A DNA stretch of 64,000 bases from an uncultured Desulfurococcales archaeon (GTDB lineage: Archaea; Thermoproteota; Thermoprotei_A; EX4484-217-1), in contig CAYOTT010000005.1 of the NCBI GenBank assembly GCA_964406965.1, forward strand, positions 54,878 to 118,877, written 5' to 3'. Below are positions 20,525 to 30,173 of the stretch, piece after piece. Positions within the stretch are counted from its first letter, which is position 1, and each line of letters opens with the position of its first letter. Under the pieces are notes generated by a model. That model was not told the DNA's origin, searched no databases, and saw only the letters and a list, made by a program, of their open reading frames with translations. The translations under genes were made by a program, and so were the position numbers.

Positions 20525-21457
20525 CTAAATTTCTCCTTCAAAATACTTCTTAAAGAACCCTACATACTTAAAGCCGTCATCCGGGAATACGAGAACAAAT
20601 ACTCCTTCAGCACCTTCCTTAACTAATTTCTTAAACGACCAATAAACAGCTCCGGAGCTTAAACCTATTAGTATGCCTTCCTTCCTAGCTACTTCTATTG
20701 ATGACTCCACGGCATCTCTTAATGTAACATCTATTAAACCGTCTATTTGTACTTGGAAAAACCACTTAGGCTTTGTTTCGATTCTCTTAATTCCAGGTAT
20801 GCTATGGCCTTTAGCTGGCTGAACAGCATATACTTTTGTTTTACCGAAAACTTCCTTAATTCTCTTTGAAATGGCAGCTACATGGCCTGACGTACCTGTT
20901 CCACAAACCACGTAATTCGGTGTTTTCTTTAAAGCTTTCATTTGCTCTACGATTTCTTTAGCTGTGGTTTCATAATGCATTTTGAAGTTAACGTCGTTTT
21001 TGAATTGATTAAGATTGGTTGCACCAATTTCTTCAGCGTGTTTTCGTACATAATTCCAAAACTCTGGACCTATGGTTTCATATTCTGTAGTAACGTATTC
21101 TGCTCCGAAAACTTTAAGCAATATAGGGACAGTTTCTGAAACTTTCTTTGGAAGGTAGGCTCTAAACTTTTTATTGTAAATTCTTGAAAGCGCTGCTAAC
21201 GCTAAGCTTGTATTTCCTGAAGATGCTTCTTCAATAACATTTTTAAGTAAACCTTTATCATAGGCGTCTTTAATCATCGCCCAAGATATTCTATCTTTAA
21301 TACTCCTACTGTATGGATTGTAGAATTCAAGCTTAGCCCAAACCTCTACCCTACCTATCGATGACTTTGAAAGCTTAACTAATGGTGTTGGTAAATTACC
21401 TATGAACAATTCTAAGGTGTTCTCAAATATTCTATACTTCCAAAGCTCTTTCCCCAT
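20525..21457 (-). CDS. Cysteine synthase family PLP enzyme (CysK/CysM)
   Basis: PTPLV, KLEFYNP...SIKDR, EASSGNT, NQF, GTGTSG, GLSSGA, FPDDGFKY. Confidence 0.92.
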   Translation of the reverse strand: MGKELWKYRIFENTLELFIGNLPTPLVKLSKSSIGRVEVWAKLEFYNPYSRSIKDRISWAMIKDAYDKGLLKNVIEEASSGNTSLALAALSRIYNKKFRAYLPKKVSETVPILLKVFGAEYVTTEYETIGPEFWNYVRKHAEEIGATNLNQFKNDVNFKMHYETTAKEIVEQMKALKKTPNYVVCGTGTSGHVAAISKRIKEVFGKTKVYAVQPAKGHSIPGIKRIETKPKWFFQVQIDGLIDVTLRDAVESSIEVARKEGILIGLSSGAVYWSFKKLVKEGAEGVFVLVFPDDGFKYVGFFKKYFEGEI

Positions 21458-21580
21458 GAAACCAGCCTCTTCCTTTAAATACGTATGGTTAGAGCTTAAT
21501 AGTTATTCGTCACTAGAATCTAGTGGTTAAAATAGGTTAAAATAAGAAAATATTATTAACGCCGTTAAAGGTGATGGAAA

Positions 21581-21823
21581 ATTACGTTAAAGGAAAAAGT
21601 CGTAGACTTAACAGGTAAGTCGTCAGAATGTAGGGACCATCCGGTTCTGGATTTAACTAAAACATTTAATAATATGAGGAAGGGTGAAAGAATAAGATTC
21701 ATTGTTAATTCCATGGAAATTCCCTTAGAAATAGTAACTACACTAGCTAAAGTGAGAAACATAAGCATAAGTGTCGTTGAATCTAAGGGTAATAGATTAA
21801 TTTTCGTTGCTGAGAAGAAATAA
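21581..21823 (+). CDS. TusA/SirA-like sulfur carrier (apparent ATT start)
   Basis: Manual translation ITLKEKVVDLTGKSSECRDHPVLDLTKTFNNMRKGERIRFIVNS...LIFVAEKK (80 aa); SD GGTGA at 21570-21574; in-frame TGA at 21572. Confidence 0.65.
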   Translation: MTLKEKVVDLTGKSSECRDHPVLDLTKTFNNMRKGERIRFIVNSMEIPLEIVTTLAKVRNISISVVESKGNRLIFVAEKK

Positions 21824-21919
21824 AGTTATGTATTAAATGATCTATTTCGACTATTAAGCGCTAAATAAGCACTAGATAATTTAAGCGTTAACTAATTACT
21901 TATTTTTAGGAGGTAAGCT

Positions 21920-22234
21920 ATGAGTTTAAAGTATGAAACAATAATTGACGGTAAAATAGTTGAAGCAGTATATGTAGCTAAAGACGGCGTAATAAATGAA
22001 GTATGGCCTCCAAGAAGTTTAGATAAGAACACAGAGGATATACTTAAAAAATACGTGCTTTCTTCGCCAAGGAAGTTCATAATGTTTACGGGAAGTTCAT
22101 TACAACATATATTCTTAAGTATAAAACATTGTGAAAGGAACATAATATTGAAGATTTCTAAGAGAGTTCATCCAGAGAAAATACTTCAAAAAGTAGCTAC
22201 AGTACTTATAACATTAAAGCATTCATATAACTAA
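21920..22234 (+). CDS. Hypothetical protein
   Basis: 104-aa ORF with strong SD AGGAGGT. Confidence 0.6.
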   Translation: MSLKYETIIDGKIVEAVYVAKDGVINEVWPPRSLDKNTEDILKKYVLSSPRKFIMFTGSSLQHIFLSIKHCERNIILKISKRVHPEKILQKVATVLITLKHSYN

Positions 22235-22714
22235 TTCAACAATATGTAAACCCATATTTATGGCAATGTAGGATACATACGACGAAAAAATCACCCCTAG
22301 AATTATTGAAAACACTGTTCTATCATAGCTTATATTAAATAGTTTTGCCACTAAAGCTCCAGTCCACGCTCCACTTCCAGGTAGAGGTACAGTTATGAAT
22401 AAAATGAGCCCTGGAACACCATATTTTTCAACATACTTTCTAGATTTATTGCGAATATGGTTAACATACTTAAAGTAGAGTATTCTTATAAGCCTGGATC
22501 TGAAGGGGAATGTTTTTCCCTCCTTAATTTTCTCTTCTACTCTATCTAGAATCCAGTAAAGAGCAATACCTATGAGTATTGTCGGTATGGAAACTGCTAA
22601 AGGAATTATAGGTGATTTAATATTTAAAGCGACCATTACATATGCGACGGCAACTCTAGCTTCAAAACCAGGAGCAATAGTTATTATGAGAACTTTTAGT
22701 GCTTCCTCCAACAT
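22223..22714 (-). CDS. COG2426 small multidrug export-like membrane protein
   Basis: PGFEAR, KYG..GLILFITVPLPGSGAWTG. Confidence 0.85.
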   Translation of the reverse strand: MLEEALKVLIITIAPGFEARVAVAYVMVALNIKSPIIPLAVSIPTILIGIALYWILDRVEEKIKEGKTFPFRSRLIRILYFKYVNHIRNKSRKYVEKYGVPGLILFITVPLPGSGAWTGALVAKLFNISYDRTVFSIILGVIFSSYVSYIAINMGLHIVELVI

Positions 22715-22726
22715 TATAATGTGGCC

Positions 22727-23668
22727 TCAAACAACTTTCGAGGAAATTTTCATTTTAATCTCACATGCTTTACATATCTCCTTAGCCGAAGGCTCACCAC
22801 ATATTTTACATTCAGTAAATTTGTACATTTTGTACTTGGATAGCTTCTTTCTCATTTCATCAATTTTAATCATTAACCTATATTTAAAACCGGGATTTTC
22901 AGCTTCAACTCTGTTTAAAAACTCCCTAATATTCCACCTTAACGAGTAGGGAGCATAGGGGCATTCAACATAAGGGGTTTTCAAATCAACTATTATTGAA
23001 TGTATTAATGATTCCTTCTCATACATATAGTGTAAGGGCCTAACTCTTGGAATAAGTTTTGGATGGTCGGCTTTTACTACTATACCACCACGTATTAAGG
23101 ATTGGAAATCACCCCTAATAAGGTTCATAATAGCTGTTTGCAAGTCATCGTCTAAGTTATGCCCTGTAACTAAGTATTTTGCTCCAAGCTCTCTTGAAAC
23201 TTTATTTAAAAGATAGCGTCTAATAACTCCACATACTGTACATGGTTTCCAATCTATTTTACCTTCAAAAAACAGTTTTGCTGCATCATCTATTGTGAAA
23301 CTAAAAGCGTTTTTAACATCAACTAGGAAGTATTCTACACCTAGTTTTTCAGAAACATTCTTTAAGGCTTTAATTGTGTACTCTCTGTAACTAGAAATTC
23401 CCTCATTAACCAGTAATGCTTTAACTTCAAAACCGTATTTTTCTGAAAGCTTCTTCATAACATAGAGCGCATTTAAACTATCTTTTCCTCCTGAAGTTGC
23501 TACAACAAATAACTTACCTGAAACCCTAGATAGAACCTCCGCTTTAGAAAGTGTTTTCTCAGCCTTCTCTAAGAAATATTTTTGAAAACACTTTTTACAG
23601 AAATACTTTCCCTCATAAGCCACTTTAATAATGGCTTTCTCCTTTTCACATACTGAGCAAAGAGGCAT
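22727..23668 (-). CDS. tRNA 2-thiouridine synthase, TtuA/Ncs6 family (TIGR00269-like)
   Basis: Terminal Zn fingers, PP-loop SGGKDS, CTVCG, TGHNLDD, ECPY. Confidence 0.92.
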   Translation of the reverse strand: MPLCSVCEKEKAIIKVAYEGKYFCKKCFQKYFLEKAEKTLSKAEVLSRVSGKLFVVATSGGKDSLNALYVMKKLSEKYGFEVKALLVNEGISSYREYTIKALKNVSEKLGVEYFLVDVKNAFSFTIDDAAKLFFEGKIDWKPCTVCGVIRRYLLNKVSRELGAKYLVTGHNLDDDLQTAIMNLIRGDFQSLIRGGIVVKADHPKLIPRVRPLHYMYEKESLIHSIIVDLKTPYVECPYAPYSLRWNIREFLNRVEAENPGFKYRLMIKIDEMRKKLSKYKMYKFTECKICGEPSAKEICKACEIKMKISSKVV

Positions 23669-23676
23669 TTACATTA

Positions 23677-25470
23677 TCACTTTTCCACAGTCTTAAATGG
23701 ACATATTCTAGCATAAAAGCAGTATTTACAATTGTGAACTATACCAGCTGGTGTTAAGTAATTTTCTATATTTTCAACTTCAATATTATAAACCTCTCCG
23801 CGATATGAATTCGGAAGTATCCTCTTAATCCTAACCCATACTCCTCCCTTAATAAACCACGCTTGCGGATTTCTCTTCCTATATGTTGTCCATCTAACGT
23901 GAAATATGGGGTGTTTACCCCAGCCAGGTTGTCTTTGGGAGCTTTTTAGCGTAGGCAGTATTTTTTGCCTTAGTAGCATTATGACAAGCTGGTAAGCGAG
24001 CTTAGGGCTTGTAGTAGTATAATCAAACATTCCGTCCTTATAGACGTGGCCGTCGCCAGCTACCATCCCTTCTACTATTGTTCGTTGAGATTCAGGGGGT
24101 AAGTATAGGATTTTTTCTCTAAAGTGTTTCCTAGGAGCATATCTTCCCGTTTTGGGGTCTTTCTCCCATTCGATGAAATTATCAGCTAATTTACGCCATT
24201 TCACACCTAAGTTTATAACGTATTCATCTCCATGGGGCGGTGGGAGCTTGTAGAGATGAGATGAGTATGAAATACCATGTTGTGTTGCTATATCTTCAAC
24301 TCTCTTTACAATATTTTCCTCATGTGTACCCAGTGTAAGCACTATAGAAAATTTACCTCTCGGGAAGCCTTCGGCAACAGTAAGTCCAAGTAGCCATAAT
24401 AAGTTTTCTGTTAGACCCAAATCAAGAGGTCTATACTTAACCTCACTGGGATATGGTATAAATATCCATGGTTGTGCTTTGTACTCATCATTTATGTCTC
24501 TTTGCGCTTCACGTTCCATAATTTCGTAAATTTCCTTAACCGTTAACCATTGTGGCTCTGTAAAGATACGGCATCGTGTCCTTGACGTTATTTGAACATA
24601 ATACCCTCTCTGCTTATATGAATTAACTTTTTCTATATTTCCCCACTTGGAGAATCTAACGAAAATTGGATGATTCTCTGTAATCACTATGTGATTAAGA
24701 CCTGCAGGCTCTATGGTGAAGCATTGTTCATTCTTATGTATTTGTCTTCGAATAACTTTTGTTACTATTGCAACTCTATACTTGCCCGTTATTTTGTCCA
24801 TGCCGATGATTTTGTCTCCTTCTTTAATAAGCCTTATCGTTTTCATACCATCCGGAGTAAAGATAAGTGTGTTTGGGTGAAGGCATTCCCAACTATATCT
24901 TGGATGCTTTATGTTTTCTATAGTTTCCTTTACTAGTTTCTCAAGGTCTATTGGTGTTTTTTCAATGCTAAATTCAGCTATCCTATCAGGTGTTATGTAT
25001 ATTAGTATTCCTTTTTCTCTATTTAGAATGTTAAGATAGATCTGTAGCTGCATTAAGTGGTGGTCGTGAGGTATTCCTAAGTCGCTTCTTGCCGTTTTTA
25101 TTTCAACAACATAGTTTTCATTTAGGGCATCAACTCTTCCCTTGATCTTAACTTCTCTGTTATCTATAGATATCTCTTTTTCAAACTCTACTTCCACTTG
25201 AAAACCTTCTTCCTTAAGAAAACCTTCAATACCTATGTGCACCATGTCACCTAGTATGTGAGCGGGTTCAAATTTGAACATTAATTCGGGATATCTTATT
25301 CTGAACTCCCTTTTTTGACTGCATGAAACCATATCTGTAACGTAAACTATGTTAGGGTTTGTTGCATCCTTAAAATGTTCTCTGTAGTCACTTAAAACTC
25401 TTCGATAAAGTTTCTCCATAACTATGTTTGATGCTTTAAACTTCTCTGTTGAATTCAATTTACAATACAC
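23677..25470 (-). CDS. cas4: Solo Cas4-family PD-(D/E)XK exonuclease precursor containing an intein
   Basis: YVTDMVSC, GDMVH, GRVD, VVEIKT, QLQIY; the C-terminal (W-E)-CKYC-x5-C cluster motif is split by a 385-aa insertion. Confidence 0.9.
   Translation of the reverse strand: MYCKLNSTEKFKASNIVMEKLYRRVLSDYREHFKDATNPNIVYVTDMVSCSQKREFRIRYPELMFKFEPAHILGDMVHIGIEGFLKEEGFQVEVEFEKEISIDNREVKIKGRVDALNENYVVEIKTARSDLGIPHDHHLMQLQIYLNILNREKGILIYITPDRIAEFSIEKTPIDLEKLVKETIENIKHPRYSWECLHPNTLIFTPDGMKTIRLIKEGDKIIGMDKITGKYRVAIVTKVIRRQIHKNEQCFTIEPAGLNHIVITENHPIFVRFSKWGNIEKVNSYKQRGYYVQITSRTRCRIFTEPQWLTVKEIYEIMEREAQRDINDEYKAQPWIFIPYPSEVKYRPLDLGLTENLLWLLGLTVAEGFPRGKFSIVLTLGTHEENIVKRVEDIATQHGISYSSHLYKLPPPHGDEYVINLGVKWRKLADNFIEWEKDPKTGRYAPRKHFREKILYLPPESQRTIVEGMVAGDGHVYKDGMFDYTTTSPKLAYQLVIMLLRQKILPTLKSSQRQPGWGKHPIFHVRWTTYRKRNPQAWFIKGGVWVRIKRILPNSYRGEVYNIEVENIENYLTPAGIVHNCKYCFYARICPFKTVEK
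23731..24885 (-). mobile_element. Intein with LAGLIDADG homing endonuclease (385 aa)
   Basis: Block A CLHPNTLIFT, block B ITENHPIF, LAGLIDADG blocks LLGLTVAEG and IVEGMVAGDG, block H YTTTSPKLAYQL, block F VYNIEV, block G GIVHN followed by Cys+1. Confidence 0.95.
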
Positions 25471-25670
25471 CTTATCTTCTACTCTTACTACAATTACAGA
25501 TAATTTAAAACTAACTTTACTTAGTGGTTACCTAGCAAGAATATTTTTGTTAAAGCGCTAAACTCTCATTAATCAAAATTATTATTGGTAATTTCTTCCA
25601 AATAATATATATTACTGATACTTCTTCATAACCATGAATTACTAGCTTATAGAGGCAAGGTGTTAGAGGA

Positions 25671-26851
25671 ATGAGGAGATTTCAAACTGAAGCTATCCAT
25701 GGACATGTATTTTATGATGAAAAATATGGAGCTTTTATCACACCAATATATCAAAGTGTTATTTATGAGCAATTCGATAGGAGAACAGGCAAGTTAAGAT
25801 TAACTGATAGAGGATTTGAGCTAAAGTATTCACGAGAGGAAAACCCAACCGTTAGGGTACTTGAAAGAGTTTTAGCTAGGCTTGAAAAAACATATGATTC
25901 CATAGCGTTCGATAGTGGTATGGCGTCTATTTCCTCAACACTTTTCTCCCTCATACATTATGGAAGCGTTATTCTTGTGCCTTATGAAGTTTATGGAACA
26001 ACATTGCATCTCATAGATCATATGGGTAGATTTGGTGTTAAGGTAGTTAAGACTCATCCTTCAACAGAAGCCATAATTGAGGATGCCAATATTAACGAAA
26101 ACATAAATGTTGTTTTCATAGAAACAATAACTAATCCTACATTAAAAGTATTAGATGTTGAGCAAATAGCTAAAGTAACTAGAGAGGCTGAAGCAAAACT
26201 CATTGTTGACAACACATTCGCATCCTCTGTAATATTTAACCCCATAAACGCTGGAGCACACGTAGTCGTTCATAGTGCAACTAAGTATTTAGCAGGACAT
26301 AACGACGTATTAGGCGGTTTTTCAGCAACAGATGATGTGGAGTTAATTAAGAATATATGGGATTGGCGTAGAAAGCTTGGCTCAATAATTCAGCCCTTAG
26401 AAGCTTATCTAATACTTAGAGGAATTAAAACGCTTGAAATAAGGTTTAAAAAACATAGTGAAAACGCATTAGCCATTGCCGAGTTTCTTCAGGAGCATCC
26501 TAAAGTTGTTGATGTATTATATCCCGGATTAAAAGATAGCCCATACTATAGTTTAGCTTGCTGAATGTTTAAGAAAAACTTTTCGGAGGAGTTGTTTCAT
26601 TTAGGGTTAAGGATAGCATGGTAGATGCGAAAAAGGTTCTTCTTTCAACGTCAATTATTAAGCCTTCTCCAAGTCTTGGTGGGGCAAAGTCGCTTATGAC
26701 CTTGCCGGCTTTAAGTTCAGCTAAATATATTCCGAAAGAATATAGGGAACGTGCAGGTATCTATGATAATCTCCTAAGACTTTCCGTAGGGTTAGAAGAT
26801 GTTAACGACATTATTGAAGATTTAGATAAGGCACTGGCAAACTTAAAGTGA
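25671..26851 (+). pseudogene. Cystathionine gamma-synthase/lyase family (MetB/MetC), disrupted
   Basis: YSREENPT, DSGMAS, DNTF, HSATKYLAGH. In-frame TGA at 26562-26564 plus a one-base frameshift in the A-run near 26574-26578; the shifted frame continues FGGVVSF...SLGG...RLSVGLED. Confidence 0.85.
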
Positions 26852-27508
26852 TAATAAGGCAATACTCCTTATAACATCTGCTACATCTTCGCATCTATCT
26901 TCCGCATTCTCTATAGAATCTATTGTTTCCTTAGCTATGATACATGATGAAGCCTCTGTTTTATCACACCATTCAAGCACTTTAGCTAATCCTCCCACAC
27001 GTATCTCGTCAACTTCTTCCTCAAGACTCTCTATTTTATCAGCTATTTCAAGAGCTTCCTTAGGGTTCTCATAAACCTCCATTATAGCGTCTTTTATTAG
27101 AAGAGTTGACTCATAAACTTTAGAAGCCATTTCGTAAAGTATCTTTAAAATTTCCTCAGGTATTTTAGCCGAAGATGGAAGCATAAGTTTTCGCGAAGCA
27201 GATTTTACATATGCAGCAATATCGTCAGCTGTTAACACAAGCCTTATAAGATCCTCCCTATCTATTGGGTGAAATATTCCTTTAGAAAGCTCAGCGATAA
27301 TGTTTCTTTTTATTTCATCAGCTTCTCTTTCTAAATCAAAGACTTTTCTATATTCTTCTCCAGCTTTCTCCCTATTCTTTCTAATACAGTTCTCTAAAAG
27401 CTTTTTAAGATGAGCAGCTTCCTCTATAACCTTATTTATATGTGATAGACATAAAGCAATTATTTCTCTTTGCCTTCTTCTCCCAATCCAAGCCCATGTT
27501 GTAGCCAT
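26843..27508 (-). CDS. DUF47/TIGR00153 PhoU-like phosphate transport regulator
   Basis: LEREADEIK, PIDRED, EEEVD, DRCEDVAD; next to Pit. Confidence 0.9.
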   Translation of the reverse strand: MATTWAWIGRRRQREIIALCLSHINKVIEEAAHLKKLLENCIRKNREKAGEEYRKVFDLEREADEIKRNIIAELSKGIFHPIDREDLIRLVLTADDIAAYVKSASRKLMLPSSAKIPEEILKILYEMASKVYESTLLIKDAIMEVYENPKEALEIADKIESLEEEVDEIRVGGLAKVLEWCDKTEASSCIIAKETIDSIENAEDRCEDVADVIRSIALLSL

Positions 27509-27536
27509 GCTTTAAAACACCTACATGTTAACTTTA

Positions 27537-28586
27537 CTAAACCACGGGAAATAAGTTTGAAGCTAAAAGGTAAACTACAAAGCTTAAAAATGCAGCAATA
27601 GGAACTGTTAGTATCCATGAGACTATAATGTATCCTACAACTTTCCAGTCAACGCCCTTTAAGCTTCTATTTTTAGCTATTCCTACACCTATTACTGAGG
27701 ATACACTAGCATGAGTTGTTGAAATAGGCATTCCATAATTATACAGTAGCTTAGGTATTGTGCTAAAGCCCCATACAACAATAGCGTTTGAAAAAACAGC
27801 TGCTGAAGCTGAAATATAATCTAGCCTTGTTATTTTAAATCCGACAGTGTTTATTACCTTGTACCCCCACGTTAAGGCACCTACAGTTATTCCTACAGCT
27901 CCAAGTAGCGCTAAGTAGAACATTGTTGTCATATCGGGTGTTCCCATAACTTTTGAAGCTACTGTAATGTACACTCCAGTAGCATTTCCTACGTCATTTG
28001 TTCCGAAAGCGTATGCGGAAAATGCTAAGTTAAACAGTAGGAAGCCTTTAAAGAACTTATCAACATTTTTACCTTTAGATATAAGGTACTTAGCTACTTT
28101 TTCCAGCACAAAATACATTGCTATGCTAAGCATTATTGCTAAAAGGGGAGAAGTTATCCAGCTAAGAATAACCATGTAAACTACTTTCCAATTTATTCTC
28201 ATAATGCCCTGAGTATACATGTAAGCTAAACCTATTCCTAAAACCCCACCAACACTACTATGAGTTGTTGAAACAGGTAATCCCTTCCAAGTAACAAAAG
28301 TTATCCATAAACCTGCCATAAGGGAAGCTATTAATGCACCTAACGGGTCAATATCTTTAACAACACCTTTACCTATAGTTTTCATAACCATGTATCCTTG
28401 AACAATAGCTCCTAATGCTGCAAAAATAGAAAACATAATTAATGCTTTCTTAATACTTATTGCTCCAGATCCTACAGCAGTATTTGTTGGGTTTGCAGCG
28501 TCATTTGCTCCAAGGTTCCATGCAATGTAGAAGGCAAGTACTAAGCCAAGAAGTAAATACAGTGTTTCCATCGAAATCATTAACAA
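27537..28586 (-). CDS. pit: Inorganic phosphate transporter (PiT family)
   Basis: GANDAAN, PVSTTH, GTNDVGNA, PISTTH repeats. Confidence 0.95.
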   Translation of the reverse strand: MLMISMETLYLLLGLVLAFYIAWNLGANDAANPTNTAVGSGAISIKKALIMFSIFAALGAIVQGYMVMKTIGKGVVKDIDPLGALIASLMAGLWITFVTWKGLPVSTTHSSVGGVLGIGLAYMYTQGIMRINWKVVYMVILSWITSPLLAIMLSIAMYFVLEKVAKYLISKGKNVDKFFKGFLLFNLAFSAYAFGTNDVGNATGVYITVASKVMGTPDMTTMFYLALLGAVGITVGALTWGYKVINTVGFKITRLDYISASAAVFSNAIVVWGFSTIPKLLYNYGMPISTTHASVSSVIGVGIAKNRSLKGVDWKVVGYIIVSWILTVPIAAFLSFVVYLLASNLFPVV

Positions 28587-28699
28587 TACAGCATTACACC
28601 TTACGTCATCAGCTTACCATATTTGCTTCAAAGCTAGTGTCTTTACTCGAAAATTTAAACATTATCTTAAAGACTATACTTAGCCATACTTAGCTATAC

Positions 28700-30034
28700 T
28701 TAAACTCTAATAAGTGATAAACCATATCCTTTCTTAAGCTTTAACTTCCAGCGCTCCCTAACTCTAATCATACCTTTTCTTCTCATTTCATCAATTATTT
28801 TAGCTAATTTTTCCTGCTTAACCCAGTCTCCATAAACTTTTCCTGAACCATAAATTTTCATTATAAACTTCTTTATTTTATAAGGTATTTTTCCTGGCGG
28901 CGCATTCTCCAAGGGCGAGCCTGGTAATGGAAGGAACGTGTGTGCATGAATTCTAACTCCAAGCTTAACCAATTTCTCCATAAGTTTTATTGATTTTTCA
29001 ACATCTTCCTCTGTTTCATTTGGAAAACCAAATATGAAATCAACATCGACATTAAAACCTGCTTTCACCGCTGCTTCCACCGCTGAAACTACATCCCCAA
29101 CACTATGTCCTCTCCTAAGAATCCTCAGAATTCTTTCGCTCCCGCTTTGCGCACCAATGATTATTTTCCTATTATCAACATGTTTTTTAAGGAGTTTAGC
29201 TAGGTCGAACGTTAAAAACTCAGGCCTTATTTCGCTAGGGAAGGATCCTAGAAAAACTCTTCCACCATACCTTCTCTTTAAGAGACTAAGTGAATCTAAA
29301 AGTTCTACTAAAGAATTAACATTAGGTTTTAATCCGTCAACACTACCGTAAGCTAAAGCATTAGGTATTATAAATCTTAAATCTCTTAGCCCATGCTTCC
29401 AAAATATTTCAGCATATTTCAACACATTACTAATGCTTCGGTGTCTAGGAATAAATCCGTGAATAAATGGCGTTTGACAATAACCGCATTGGAAAGGGCA
29501 GCCCCTGGTTAGCTCTATAGGATTAAACATTCTCCTCCAATAAGGGAATGGAGGATAAGTATCTAATGGGATAGGCTTTGCTCTTCCATTAAAGAAGTAC
29601 TCTCCATTTTCCCTATAGGCTATTCCCGGAATGGAAAATGGATCCCCTTTATCGGCAATTTCACTAATGAATTGGGTAAATGTTTTCTCAGACTCCCCTA
29701 GAAACACTACATCAAATCCTAAGTTTAACGTACCTACAGGATCCCCTGTTGCATGAGGGCCTCCAGCAACTATTATTACATTATTGCCTTTATTTTTTGA
29801 AAGATAAGTTATTAACCATAGGATTTTGTGGAGAAATGTTGTAAGTAAGCTAAAACCTACAATAACCTTCCTATATGCTTTAGCTATGGAAAATAGCTTA
29901 AAGAAGAAATTTTCATTCTCACTAATTAAGAATAAATCAACATTAGAAACCTCAGTATCTATAGCTGATATCAGTGCGTGAACACTGTACTTGCACTGCT
30001 TAGAATAATACAGTGCAACAGCAACATCTTTCAT
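28700..30034 (-). CDS. B12-binding domain/radical SAM protein (TIGR04013-like)
   Basis: AGGPHATG, ELTRGCPFQCGYCQTP, GSFPSEIRPE, HTFLPLPG. Confidence 0.88.
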   Translation of the reverse strand: MKDVAVALYYSKQCKYSVHALISAIDTEVSNVDLFLISENENFFFKLFSIAKAYRKVIVGFSLLTTFLHKILWLITYLSKNKGNNVIIVAGGPHATGDPVGTLNLGFDVVFLGESEKTFTQFISEIADKGDPFSIPGIAYRENGEYFFNGRAKPIPLDTYPPFPYWRRMFNPIELTRGCPFQCGYCQTPFIHGFIPRHRSISNVLKYAEIFWKHGLRDLRFIIPNALAYGSVDGLKPNVNSLVELLDSLSLLKRRYGGRVFLGSFPSEIRPEFLTFDLAKLLKKHVDNRKIIIGAQSGSERILRILRRGHSVGDVVSAVEAAVKAGFNVDVDFIFGFPNETEEDVEKSIKLMEKLVKLGVRIHAHTFLPLPGSPLENAPPGKIPYKIKKFIMKIYGSGKVYGDWVKQEKLAKIIDEMRRKGMIRVRERWKLKLKKGYGLSLIRV

Positions 30035-30173
30035 GCTAATTAGGCTAACCTCCGCATAACCGCGTATTACCCGGTATTACCTTAGTACTTATAGTGTTAA
30101 TAAACTAATTGTTAAAACTTAAATATTGTGGCAAAGATAATAGCTAAAGGACAGCCCTTAAGGTGAATTAGCT

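Noticed and set aside
26562..26564. Selenocysteine TGA
   Set aside because: Not a catalytic Cys position, and a frameshift follows immediately.
22727..26851. CRISPR-Cas locus around cas4
   Set aside because: No repeat-spacer array and no cas1, cas2 or effector genes seen in the window; this is a solo Cas4.
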